Below are positions 1-9,388 of a stretch of 64,000 bases of DNA, in pieces (within the stretch, counting starts at the first letter, position 1; the number at the start of each line of letters is the position of its first letter). Both the position numbers and the translations under genes were made by a program. The notes below the pieces were generated by a model. That model saw nothing but the letters and a program-made list of their open reading frames with translations, was not told the DNA's origin and searched no databases. Source of the DNA: a virus; the IMG/VR virus record IMGVR_UViG_3300005613_000025, positions 1 to 64,000 of that record; one strand, written 5' to 3'.

Positions 1-289
1 ATTGTGCCAAAGATTGGTCCAATAATCAACATTCACTATGTCCATTCTTTTAGTGAGTTCTCTACCCTGTGATGTTATACTGCCTGCTACATACTCATTG
101 AATAGTATGAAGTAGGGTGTTGCAAGGGCACCATAAGTTCCATTCAATACATTTTTGTCCCCACCTACGAATAGGTGGGGACAATCAAACTAACTTCAGA
201 GCCAATTGCATGGCGTTGTAGTAATCAACGTCCTTCTTTAACTCCGAAGCCTGTTTTTTCAATTCCTTTATTTTTTGCTTCTTGTCCAA
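1..289 (-). CDS. Family B DNA polymerase, C-terminal (fingers/palm) subunit of a split gp43-like gene; interrupted by a 40-nt gap at 148-187 and running off the left edge
   Basis: TTG at 289 opens MDKKQKIKELKKQASELKKDVDYYNAMQLALKLV, then TGA. After the gap, a different frame (147..1) reads LNGTYGALATPYFILFNEYVAGSITSQGRELT. Joined, they give QLALKLVLNGTYGAL...SITSQGR, which is PolB motif B (KxxxNxxYG). Not in the ORF track. Confidence 0.88.
148..190 (-). other. Candidate programmed translational bypass element
   Basis: Minus strand: GTT(190-188) TGA(187-185) TTGTCCCCACCTA-TTCG-TAGGTGGGGACAA(184-155) AAAT GTA(150-148), then coding resumes at TTG AAT GGA. Confidence 0.65.
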
Positions 290-365
290 TTTAATATTTT
301 ATTTTTTAATTATATTCTAAGGGGAACTTATTGTTTTTATATATAAATAAAAGTTCAATAGTTAT

Positions 366-1505
366 ATGATAAAAGAAAAAAAAGTTAATGTAAAGATAGG
401 ATTAAGAAATATCTCACATTATCGAGACATGGGTTATGATGTTTCAGTTATAAATGATGATAATAAAATATTACCAGTTTCGGTACATGATGTTCCAAGA
501 AAATCAAAGATTCGAATCACTGCGATATGTGAGTTGTGTGGTTCTGAGCGTTCAATACAAATGGTCAAGTATTGGGCAAATCACGATAGATATGGTTTTT
601 ACTCTTGCTTCAATTGTAAAAATGTTAAGAAGGAAAAGACAAATTTGATAAAGTATGGAGAGAAGTCATATTCTAAAACTGAAGAGTTCAAAGAAAAGTT
701 CAAATCAACATGTTTAGATAGGTACGGTGTTGATAATCCAAATAAATTAAAATCTGTCAGGAGAAAGATAGCAGATACTTGTGAGTCAAAATATGGTGTG
801 TCTTCACCATTATTACAAGAGTCTGTTATTGAAAACAATAAGAAGTGGATGTCATCTCAAGAATTCAAGGACAAGTCAAAGAAAACACTTATTGAGAAGT
901 ATGGTGTTGATAGCTTTTCCAAGACAGATGAATTTAAGAAAATGTTACAGGACAAGAAAGAGGAAATTGTTGATAAAATAAAGAAAACATTCAATGATAA
1001 ATATGGATTTGACCATTATTCACAGACAGACCAATTTAAGGAAGATTACCTATCTAAGATTGATGAGATAGGTGAGAAAAGGATTGAAACTTGTTTGTCA
1101 AGATATGGTGTTGATAATGTGGCTAAAGTAAATGAATTTATGAAAAAAACGATAGCTACAAAAATTGAACGAGGTCTTATATCAGATGGTGATGATGAGT
1201 GGATAAAGTATAAGAAAAAGGTTAGGAGAATTACCAATAGGTTCAAAAAGGAATTATTCAATAGATGGGAAGGATATGATTATTATGATGATGAGTATAT
1301 AAAAGAAAATTTCAGATTTTCACATACACATCGATACTATCCAACAATCGATCATAAAGTAAGTGTCTTCTATGGCTATCAGAATAACATTGATGCATCA
1401 GTAGTAGGCCATATTGATAATCTATGCATAACAAAAAGATATATAAATTCAATCAAGAGAGCAACTATTGATTCGGAATTTATTTCACACCGAACATCCC
1501 TATAA
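366..1505 (+). CDS. Putative HNH homing endonuclease with Zn-ribbon and KYGVD-type repeats
   Basis: CxxC...CxxC, repeated (K/R)YGVDN/S units, C-terminal TIDHK...NLCITKRYINS HNH-like motif. Confidence 0.7.
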   Translation: MIKEKKVNVKIGLRNISHYRDMGYDVSVINDDNKILPVSVHDVPRKSKIRITAICELCGSERSIQMVKYWANHDRYGFYSCFNCKNVKKEKTNLIKYGEKSYSKTEEFKEKFKSTCLDRYGVDNPNKLKSVRRKIADTCESKYGVSSPLLQESVIENNKKWMSSQEFKDKSKKTLIEKYGVDSFSKTDEFKKMLQDKKEEIVDKIKKTFNDKYGFDHYSQTDQFKEDYLSKIDEIGEKRIETCLSRYGVDNVAKVNEFMKKTIATKIERGLISDGDDEWIKYKKKVRRITNRFKKELFNRWEGYDYYDDEYIKENFRFSHTHRYYPTIDHKVSVFYGYQNNIDASVVGHIDNLCITKRYINSIKRATIDSEFISHRTSL

Positions 1506-1572
1506 AAAATCCACCTTTCAATTTCACGGTATTTTAAGTCGATATATACATTAAAATAAATCGACAAGATAT

Positions 1573-3768
1573 ATGAAACCCGTACTAATTGTAGAGAACT
1601 CAACAAATGGTCTGACATTGAACGAATCGTCTAAATCAGACGATAGATATACACTTGGAGGTATATTCACTGAATTCGGAATTAAGAATCGAAATGACCG
1701 TGTTTATACTGCTGAGAAGTTCTTGCCAGCTTTGAATGAGTTGAATGAAAGAATAAATCAACTTGGTGTTGTATATGGTGAATTTGACCATCCAGATGTT
1801 TTCGATACTTCTTTATCAAGAGCATCTCACATCATCAAATCAACAAGTTATATTAAGGAACACAATCGTGTTGAAGGTGAGATAAAACTGCTTTCAACTT
1901 ACTGGGGTAAAGAGGCCAAATCATTGGTAAATGATGGCTGTCCAGTATTTGTTTCTTCTCGTGCTGCCGGTATCACAGAATCGGATGGCTCAGTTTCTCT
2001 TAAGAAATTATTCACTTATGATATAGTTGCTGATCCAGGATTCGGATCTGCTAAGATGCATGTTAAGTCAATTAACGAGTCTCTTGGATATGGTTCGAAC
2101 ACCAATTTCAGGATCTATGAAATGAATGATGAATCAAAAATTAATGAACTATTCGATATGAACAAAAATGAATTTGTAACAAAAACACAATTGACAGAAT
2201 ACTCAAAGTATCTGGTCAATGAGCTGGCTTCTACAAAGAAAGAAGTAAAATCAGCACTTACGAAAGGTGATCTTACACCTAAAAAATTGGAACAACTACT
2301 TGAGTATTACGAGGAGTTGAATGCAACTAACTCAAAAATGGTCAAGTATCTTGATTACTTGGCTGAGAAGGTTCAGGTTGTTGTCAATGAGAACAAGTCT
2401 CTTGCTAAGAAGACTGATAAGATCATCGAGCACAATGATTACTTGGCTGGAAATCTTGAAAAGTCTATCAATTACTCTGAGTATTTGGCAGAAAAATTGG
2501 ACAAGAACATCGAGTATTCTGAGTATATCGCTGAGAATCTTGACAAGTCTATTTCTTACGGAGAATACTTGGCTGAGAATCTTGACAAGTCTATTTCTTA
2601 CGGAGAATACTTGGCAGAGAACTTGGATAAGAACATTGCATACTCTGAGTATTTGGCAGAGAATTTGGATAAGAACATTGCATACTCTGAGTATATCGCA
2701 GAAAATCTTGACAAGTCTATCTCTTACGGAGAATACTTGGCAGAGAATTTGGATAACTCGATAGCTTACTCTGAATATTTGGCAGAGCATGTTGAGGGTA
2801 ACATTGCATACTCTGAGTATATCGCAGAAAATCTTGATGACAATATTGCATACTCCGAGTATGTTGCTGAGTCGCTAGACAAATCTATTTCTTATCAATC
2901 ACTTATTGTTGAAAAACTGAATGGTGGAAAACTTAACGAAAGTTATGGTGAGGAAGGAATGATGCTTCCAACACCTGAGGATATGGGTTTTGAAACATAT
3001 GATGAAGAAGAAGAGGTAGAGGAAGTTGAAAAAATGGGTGATGAAGGTACATACCCATCAAAAGAAGAGACACCACAAGTTGGTTGTGATGTTTCTGAGG
3101 AAGAAGAAGCTCAAGAAGAAGATGAAATGGAAGTTTCTGAGTCTTCAGATGAGCAAGTAATCAAAGACATGGATTCAGAAATGAAGTCCGAAGAAGAAGA
3201 TGAAGAAGAAGGTGAAGATGAAGAAGAAGCTGAATATGTAGGTGAATCAGACTCTGAACTTTCACAATCTATAGATAAATTGATCAAGGAAGCTAAAAAA
3301 CGAAAAGTAGCTGAAACAACAGATCTACACTTTTTAAAGTTCTTGAACAAATCACAGGTCGATAGTTTCTACTCTCTTACAAATGAGGAGCAAGAAACTG
3401 TTAAACTTCACATAAACGAAAGAAGTTTCTACTCTACACAGGATGTATTGAAGTTGATCTCTGAGGCGTTGAGCACTAAAAACGAATCTCTTGATGAAAG
3501 AGTAATCAGATTGATGCCGGAAAACATTAAGCCGATCTGGAACCAGTTGAACGAGAGCACTCGAAAGTCAGTCCTTTCACAGGCAAGACTTTATCCCGAA
3601 GAAGTACTTATGAATGAATCACAGGTAGAACACTTCTGGATGACGAGAAATCTCAAAAAGAACGAATCTGTAACTAAAAAATTGGTATCACACGACTCGT
3701 TGGTACAGGAAGACAAACTTTCTGACAATGAAGTGAAATCGATAATGGAAAGATTCAAAAACCTTTAA
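1573..3768 (+). CDS. Prohead protease (T4 gp21-like) fused to a coiled-coil repeat and acidic scaffold-like region
   Basis: KNRNDRVY, GEFDHP, VSSRAAG and YDIVADPGF motifs; directly upstream of the capsid gene. Confidence 0.9.
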   Translation: MKPVLIVENSTNGLTLNESSKSDDRYTLGGIFTEFGIKNRNDRVYTAEKFLPALNELNERINQLGVVYGEFDHPDVFDTSLSRASHIIKSTSYIKEHNRVEGEIKLLSTYWGKEAKSLVNDGCPVFVSSRAAGITESDGSVSLKKLFTYDIVADPGFGSAKMHVKSINESLGYGSNTNFRIYEMNDESKINELFDMNKNEFVTKTQLTEYSKYLVNELASTKKEVKSALTKGDLTPKKLEQLLEYYEELNATNSKMVKYLDYLAEKVQVVVNENKSLAKKTDKIIEHNDYLAGNLEKSINYSEYLAEKLDKNIEYSEYIAENLDKSISYGEYLAENLDKSISYGEYLAENLDKNIAYSEYLAENLDKNIAYSEYIAENLDKSISYGEYLAENLDNSIAYSEYLAEHVEGNIAYSEYIAENLDDNIAYSEYVAESLDKSISYQSLIVEKLNGGKLNESYGEEGMMLPTPEDMGFETYDEEEEVEEVEKMGDEGTYPSKEETPQVGCDVSEEEEAQEEDEMEVSESSDEQVIKDMDSEMKSEEEDEEEGEDEEEAEYVGESDSELSQSIDKLIKEAKKRKVAETTDLHFLKFLNKSQVDSFYSLTNEEQETVKLHINERSFYSTQDVLKLISEALSTKNESLDERVIRLMPENIKPIWNQLNESTRKSVLSQARLYPEEVLMNESQVEHFWMTRNLKKNESVTKKLVSHDSLVQEDKLSDNEVKSIMERFKNL
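2431..2892 (+). repeat. About 11 coding tandem repeats of 42 nt (14 aa, YxEYLAENLDK(S/N)Ix)
   Basis: Visible in DNA and protein; no spacers; wobble-position variation. Confidence 0.95.
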
Positions 3769-3808
3769 TCTATGGGTAAAATAGATAAAAAATTAAGAAA
3801 AAAAAATT

Positions 3809-5614
3809 ATGTCATACATTAGAATTAATAAAGACAAAGCCGTTAAGAAATGGACTCCTGTATTGGAGAACATGGGTGTTACTAATGAAGATAGACTAGA
3901 CTGGCTTTCAGAATACGCTGAATACCACACTATCAACGAGAACGCTTACGTTAACGCAACTACTGCTGGTATGGGTGGAGTCGTTTCTCCTCAACCAGGT
4001 ACACTTCCAGGTCTTCTTGGTGGTGGTGCTGGATTCGGTGCACAAGGTGCTCCAGATGGACAAAACTTACCATTGATTGGATCAGGTGATGTTGGTCAGA
4101 ACCTACTTCCAGTAGCAATGAAAATCGCAGCTCAGACAATCGGTCTTGACCTTGTTGCTGTAAAACCTACTCCAGGTCCAAAAATCGATCTTCTTTATAT
4201 TGATTTCCAATATGATGATCTAAGAGACCTTGGTACAGATGCAAGACCACAGGTGTTCAAGTTGAATTCAACTGATACTGATGCATTGACAGCGTTAGGA
4301 CTTACTCTTTCTGCGAATTTAGGTGCAGGTTTCGGTGCTGTTGGATCAACTATTACTATCAGAGAAACTTCTGGTGGATTGGAAGATGGACAATTGTTCC
4401 TGAACTTCGCTGACGGATCAGATGTATCTTATAAGATCAACAATGGTGTAGCGAATTTCATTGATATAGCCGATGACAAGTATGGTTGGTTGGAATTCCT
4501 TGGATTCTCTCGTGTTGATGAACTTCCAATGTTCAGAGCATTCAGACAAGCTAACTCTACTGTTCCTGGTGGAAATAACTATCCATACACATTACAGCCG
4601 AATCTGAACACATTTGCAAACACAGGATCAATCAATAGCCAACTTGATTTTACAATCGCTGGTGGTGGTGCTTCTGCATCTCTATTGGGTGTTACTTTCT
4701 CATCAGTTTCTGTTGAATTGATTTCAGCTCTTGAAGATCACCTTCCAGGTTTCTCAGCAAACTGGACAGCAAATCAAAATTCAGGTGACTATCCAATGGA
4801 TCGTGATACTGATGACAAACGTTACTCAGGTGTTATCGGACCGAAGATCTCTTCTAAGTCTGTTAAAACTGGTACTATCGAAGTATCTACAGCATTGAGA
4901 AGAACTGAGATCGAAGATATCAAAGCTAACACTGGTATGGATATCGTTCAAAAGATGGAATCTATCCTTGTTAATGAGTTGTCTCAGGTAATTTCAAGAC
5001 AGATCGTTTCAAGAATCTTCGAATTGGGAGATGTGAACAGAGCAAGTGCTCCTGCATATCAAGGAACATTGACAGGTATTGCAAGTCAAACTATATTTGA
5101 CCTTGATACTCAATATGTTGTTGGTGCAGGTGGTATCGGTGGTGAGACAACTCACGCTGTTCAAAGAAAATTGATCACTAAGATGGTTCATGCTTCTAAC
5201 TACATCGCAACAGAAGGTCGTGTGGGTCCTGCACAGTTTGCAGTGACAAACGGGGGTCTAGCGGCAGCTTTGATGGATGTAGCAGGTTACACTATTAACC
5301 CAGTGAAATCTAAAATCAACGGTCAAGGTCAGTTGTACCCAGTAGGACAGATCGGAGATATCCAGATCTATGTTGATCCTTACATGAAGTATAACGACAA
5401 CAGAATCGTTCTTGGTCGTAAGAACAACCCAGATCAGCCTGGTTTGATTTTCGTACCATATCTTATGGCACAATCAATCAGTGTTATTTCTGAGGCAACC
5501 TTCGCTCCAAGAATGTTGTTGAGATCACGATATGCAGTCGCGGATGTTGGTTTCTTCCCAGAAAAACAGTACATGACTATTGTTGTTCGTGATACACAAG
5601 GTTTCTTGAACTAA
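3809..5614 (+). CDS. Major capsid protein (T4 gp23-like)
   Basis: KKWTPVLE N-terminus, AQTIGLDLVAVKP, ILVNELSQVISRQI, IYVDPY, GLIFVPY, PRMLLRSRYA; strong codon bias; followed by a terminator. Confidence 0.92.
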   Translation: MSYIRINKDKAVKKWTPVLENMGVTNEDRLDWLSEYAEYHTINENAYVNATTAGMGGVVSPQPGTLPGLLGGGAGFGAQGAPDGQNLPLIGSGDVGQNLLPVAMKIAAQTIGLDLVAVKPTPGPKIDLLYIDFQYDDLRDLGTDARPQVFKLNSTDTDALTALGLTLSANLGAGFGAVGSTITIRETSGGLEDGQLFLNFADGSDVSYKINNGVANFIDIADDKYGWLEFLGFSRVDELPMFRAFRQANSTVPGGNNYPYTLQPNLNTFANTGSINSQLDFTIAGGGASASLLGVTFSSVSVELISALEDHLPGFSANWTANQNSGDYPMDRDTDDKRYSGVIGPKISSKSVKTGTIEVSTALRRTEIEDIKANTGMDIVQKMESILVNELSQVISRQIVSRIFELGDVNRASAPAYQGTLTGIASQTIFDLDTQYVVGAGGIGGETTHAVQRKLITKMVHASNYIATEGRVGPAQFAVTNGGLAAALMDVAGYTINPVKSKINGQGQLYPVGQIGDIQIYVDPYMKYNDNRIVLGRKNNPDQPGLIFVPYLMAQSISVISEATFAPRMLLRSRYAVADVGFFPEKQYMTIVVRDTQGFLN

Positions 5615-5637
5615 TAAGTTTATTGAACTTGATATTG

Positions 5638-5670
5638 AAAACACCTTCCATTTGGAAGGTGTTTTTTTTT
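5638..5670 (+). terminator. Rho-independent terminator after the capsid gene
   Basis: AAAACACCTTCC-ATTT-GGAAGGTGTTTT plus T run. Confidence 0.9.
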
Positions 5671-5725
5671 GCTTTAAATCCTTCTTGGAGCAAACAAGCC
5701 CTCTGATTTTAATATATAACAAATA

Positions 5726-7759
5726 ATGAACAGAAAAGAGATCATTGATAATATATTGGATGGAAGTCCTACACGAATGAGAATTTCCTATTTTCAAAAA
5801 AATCACATTGATGTTCTGAATGAGATAGAACAATTCTGTAAGAATATAGATGTTCCATTTAAACAGATGATATGGCATTGGGTCAATGATAGACCAAACA
5901 AGGTTTTATGCTCCTGTGGGAATCCTGTGAAATTCAATAGAAATTGGATTGATGGGTACAAGGAAAATTGCAGTCCGAAATGTGCCCAATCTAAAAGATC
6001 AACAAAAGAAAAGAGAAGGAAAACCGTAATGGAGAAATATGGGGTTGATAACATAGCAAAATCGACTGATATTAAAGAAAAACAGCGTAATACCAATATC
6101 GAGAGGTATGGTGCAACATCTTCATTTCAAAATAAGCATGTTCGTGATAAATGGAAAAACACAATGTTATCAAAGTATGGAGTAGACCATTATTTCAAAA
6201 CTGATGATTTCAAAGAAAAGTCAAAGGAAACAAATGAAAAAAAGTATGGAAAGCCATATTTTGTGCAGACAGATGATTATATTGAAAAGACAAAGCAAAC
6301 CATGAATGATAGATTCGGTGTTGATTGGTTCTCAAAAACTGATCAGTGGTATGAAATGTCAAAACGAACCAGTGAGGAAAAGTATGGTGTTGACCACTAT
6401 GCAAAGACCGATGAGTATAAAGAAAAAGTAAATTCCTATTACAATGAAAAATATAAAACAGATTGGTTTTTCCAGACCGATGAATTCAAAGTAAAAACAA
6501 AAGAGTTAATGAATGAAAAGTTCGGAGTTGACCATCACACGAAATCTGACTTTTACAAACAAAAGGTCATATCAGAATCACAAAGTAAATGGGGCAAGGA
6601 TCACTTTTTTCAAACTGATCAATTTTTAAATGTTTCAAAAAAGACAATGAATGAAAAGTATGGTGTTGATCATTTTCCATTATCGGATCAATATAAAGAT
6701 ATCATGTCCAGTGATAAGATGATCGAGAAAAGATTATCAAGGAGAAAGCTTTTCTATAAAGGTCTTGGATTCACTTTCATATCAGACTCTAAAAACAATG
6801 TATCACATGTTGTTTTGAAGAGTGAGGTGTGTGGACATGAATTTGAGATACATCCAACAACATTGCAAAGAAGAATGGATGCAAATATTCAAGCCTGTTC
6901 CGTGTGTAATCCATTCGATACACAATCTGGACAGGAGAAAAATGTCATTGAGTTCATCGGATCATTGGGAATTGATTTTGTTGCAAATAAAAGAGATATT
7001 ATACCGCCTTATGAAATTGATATTTATATTCCAGAGTTAAAGTTGGCGATCGAGTATAATGGTCTTTATTGGCATTCTGAGATGTACAGATCAAGAAAAT
7101 TTCACATCGAAAAAACTTCTAAGTGTAATGAGTCGGGTATAAGACTCATACATATATGGGAAGATGATTGGATGTTCAAAAATGACATAGTAAGATCCAT
7201 AATACTCAATGCTGTCAATAAAACGGGAAACCGTATATATGCTCGTAAGTGTGTCATAAAGGAGGTTACCGATAAGAAACTGGTGAATCATTTTTTCGAT
7301 TCAAATCACATACAAGGCAAGACAAACTTTAAAACAGCAATTGGTCTGTTCTATGATGATGAAATGGTTTCGTGTATGTTGTTTCATAAACCAAGGAAGC
7401 AACACGAGCTTGTAAGGTTCTGTAATAAAAAGTTTCATAATGTGATCGGTGCTGCATCCAAGCTGTTCAAGTATTACATTAAGAATTATGAAGTTGATGA
7501 GATCATTTCATTTGCTGATATTTCAATGTTCACTGGCGGTTTATATGAATCACTCGGATTTGAATTTGATAATAGAAGTGATGTGAATTATTGGTGGGTT
7601 GTCAATGGGATAAGAAGGCATAGGTTCTCTTTCTCCAAGAAAAAACTTGTCAGTAAAGGATATGATGAGAATTTAAGTGGTTCTGATATCATGCGTTCAC
7701 TTGGCAATTACAAAGTGTTCGGATGTGGATTGGATAAATGGGTATGGAATAGAAACTGA
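5726..7759 (+). CDS. Hef-like homing endonuclease (KYGVDH repeats, PD-(D/E)XK/Vsr-like nuclease, C-terminal GNAT-like domain)
   Basis: EIDIYIPELKLAIEYNGLYWH, IHIWEDDW, IYARKC, ELVRFC motifs. Confidence 0.8.
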   Translation: MNRKEIIDNILDGSPTRMRISYFQKNHIDVLNEIEQFCKNIDVPFKQMIWHWVNDRPNKVLCSCGNPVKFNRNWIDGYKENCSPKCAQSKRSTKEKRRKTVMEKYGVDNIAKSTDIKEKQRNTNIERYGATSSFQNKHVRDKWKNTMLSKYGVDHYFKTDDFKEKSKETNEKKYGKPYFVQTDDYIEKTKQTMNDRFGVDWFSKTDQWYEMSKRTSEEKYGVDHYAKTDEYKEKVNSYYNEKYKTDWFFQTDEFKVKTKELMNEKFGVDHHTKSDFYKQKVISESQSKWGKDHFFQTDQFLNVSKKTMNEKYGVDHFPLSDQYKDIMSSDKMIEKRLSRRKLFYKGLGFTFISDSKNNVSHVVLKSEVCGHEFEIHPTTLQRRMDANIQACSVCNPFDTQSGQEKNVIEFIGSLGIDFVANKRDIIPPYEIDIYIPELKLAIEYNGLYWHSEMYRSRKFHIEKTSKCNESGIRLIHIWEDDWMFKNDIVRSIILNAVNKTGNRIYARKCVIKEVTDKKLVNHFFDSNHIQGKTNFKTAIGLFYDDEMVSCMLFHKPRKQHELVRFCNKKFHNVIGAASKLFKYYIKNYEVDEIISFADISMFTGGLYESLGFEFDNRSDVNYWWVVNGIRRHRFSFSKKKLVSKGYDENLSGSDIMRSLGNYKVFGCGLDKWVWNRN

Positions 7760-7767
7760 TTCTTGAA

Positions 7768-8064
7768 TTGAATATATATGATATGTTCGATTATATTTCA
7801 TTTTTGGAATCGCGTGAAGGTGTTGAGGTCAAATATTTGAATATTGCAAATATCACAATGCCTGATAGATTACCACTGACACCTGAGACATTGGACCTTG
7901 CCATGAAGATAAAAAAAGGTAAAGTTGATTGGCGTTCATTGCCTCCTGTAAAGGTGACATATCACAATAATAAGTATATTCTTCGTGATGGTAGGCACAG
8001 ATATACAGCTTTGAGGTTGAATGATATAAAAGAAATAAAAGTAAAAATTTCAAAGAAAAAATAA
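7768..8064 (+). CDS. ParB/Srx-like domain protein
   Basis: PPVKV...YILRDGRHRYTAL. Confidence 0.65.
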   Translation: MNIYDMFDYISFLESREGVEVKYLNIANITMPDRLPLTPETLDLAMKIKKGKVDWRSLPPVKVTYHNNKYILRDGRHRYTALRLNDIKEIKVKISKKK

Positions 8065-8139
8065 ACTTTAAAAAATCCATGTATATAACATGAAAGCATT
8101 CAAATCCGTGATATTCGGATAAAAAAATAAAATGCTTAT

Positions 8140-8511
8140 ATGCACATAGACAATAAAGAACTATACTATGAGATAATAGTATCAAAGGCAAGAGGTAGAC
8201 TGACCAGAAAATCAGTTAAAATGTTAGAATTATTAGGCAGTGAGGCCATTAAGAGGATGAGTCGTAGATTTTTCACACACGATGATCAAATGGATTGTTA
8301 TCAATCGGGGTTGTTGAAAATGTATCAGAACTGGTATAATTTCAATGAAATGAAATCCGAAAATGCATTTGCCTATTACACAGAGATTTTCAAAAGGGCA
8401 CTCACAGAACAATTCAATGAGCTTTACAAGAAAAAAGGTGATCCTGAACATAATGTTAAGTTGATATCAATTCAAGGATCAAATGAGGGTCAAGGCCTGC
8501 ATTCAATATAG
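8140..8511 (+). CDS. Late-transcription sigma factor (T4 gp55-like)
   Basis: HIDNKELY N-terminus and NFNEMKSENAFAYYTEIFKRA motif. Confidence 0.8.
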   Translation: MHIDNKELYYEIIVSKARGRLTRKSVKMLELLGSEAIKRMSRRFFTHDDQMDCYQSGLLKMYQNWYNFNEMKSENAFAYYTEIFKRALTEQFNELYKKKGDPEHNVKLISIQGSNEGQGLHSI

Positions 8512-8571
8512 AATTGGAAAAAAATGAGTTTTCAAACATAATATATACATTAAAAATAAACAAATAATACT

Positions 8572-9324
8572 ATGGCAAGACCTTATTTAAATATTGGACA
8601 GATAACATACGCAACTGCATCCAATTTAGTAACAATACCTATTTCAGCTTTCAGAGTAAGAGGAACAGTGAGTCCTGAAACAGGAGCTGATGATCCACAG
8701 ATATCAATAACTGGATTCTCACAATCTATAACAATAGATCTTGATGATAATGGAGCATATATGGCAGAAGATGGTGTTTCTCCAAGAAATTACACATTCT
8801 CAGCTGATCTTGAAACATCAACAGCATCTACGAGTGACACAACAACTTATGTTGCTCCTTATGTTGATTGCTACATTTCGGGAACTGCAGTTGATGGTGA
8901 TACATTTGATTTATACACGGAATTGGGAACGGAACCAGGACTTAGAAATAAGACTTTTGGAAATACTTATAGTGCTTGGGAGGCTGTTGATTTTTTGTTA
9001 GGAACTTTCTCAACAACTTTAGGATTTACTGCGTCACGACCAAGTGCTGATGGAGTTAGTCCGGCTATTTTAAGAGTTTCGGCTCCATGGGGAGCATATT
9101 ACAATGGTTTGAACATAGGTAATGATGGTTCTGGACTACTTCAAGTTGTAACTTCTGGAAGTCTTACTGCATCATTCGCTGTTGATTCTCTGGTAACTGT
9201 TACAGAATTTACAGGAGGTGTAACCAAGTATAATCTATCTTTGAACGCACCTGATTACTTTGGATTCTCTGATGATGATACATTCAGCTTCACAGTTGGA
9301 TCAACACAATCAGGCGAGATCTGA
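8572..9324 (+). CDS. Probable virion structural protein (beta-rich, T/S/G-rich)
   Basis: Composition, upstream TAATATATA box, own terminator. Confidence 0.5.
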   Translation: MARPYLNIGQITYATASNLVTIPISAFRVRGTVSPETGADDPQISITGFSQSITIDLDDNGAYMAEDGVSPRNYTFSADLETSTASTSDTTTYVAPYVDCYISGTAVDGDTFDLYTELGTEPGLRNKTFGNTYSAWEAVDFLLGTFSTTLGFTASRPSADGVSPAILRVSAPWGAYYNGLNIGNDGSGLLQVVTSGSLTASFAVDSLVTVTEFTGGVTKYNLSLNAPDYFGFSDDDTFSFTVGSTQSGEI

Positions 9325-9348
9325 TAATTGAATTATTTTCAATATTGG

Positions 9349-9376
9349 AACCTCCATTTCATATGGAGGTTTTTTT
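9349..9376 (+). terminator. Rho-independent terminator
   Basis: AACCTCCAT-TTCAT-ATGGAGGTT plus T run. Confidence 0.85.
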
Positions 9377-9388
9377 ATATATATCAAT

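Noticed and set aside
148-187. UGA readthrough or selenocysteine (SECIS-like hairpin after UGA), or a plain terminator
   Set aside because: Readthrough stays in the wrong frame and never reaches LNGTYG. On the coding strand the hairpin is followed by AAAT rather than a U tract, and it sits inside a conserved motif.
2431-2892. CRISPR array in the protease gene
   Set aside because: These are tandem 42-nt units without spacers that vary at wobble positions, i.e. a protein repeat.
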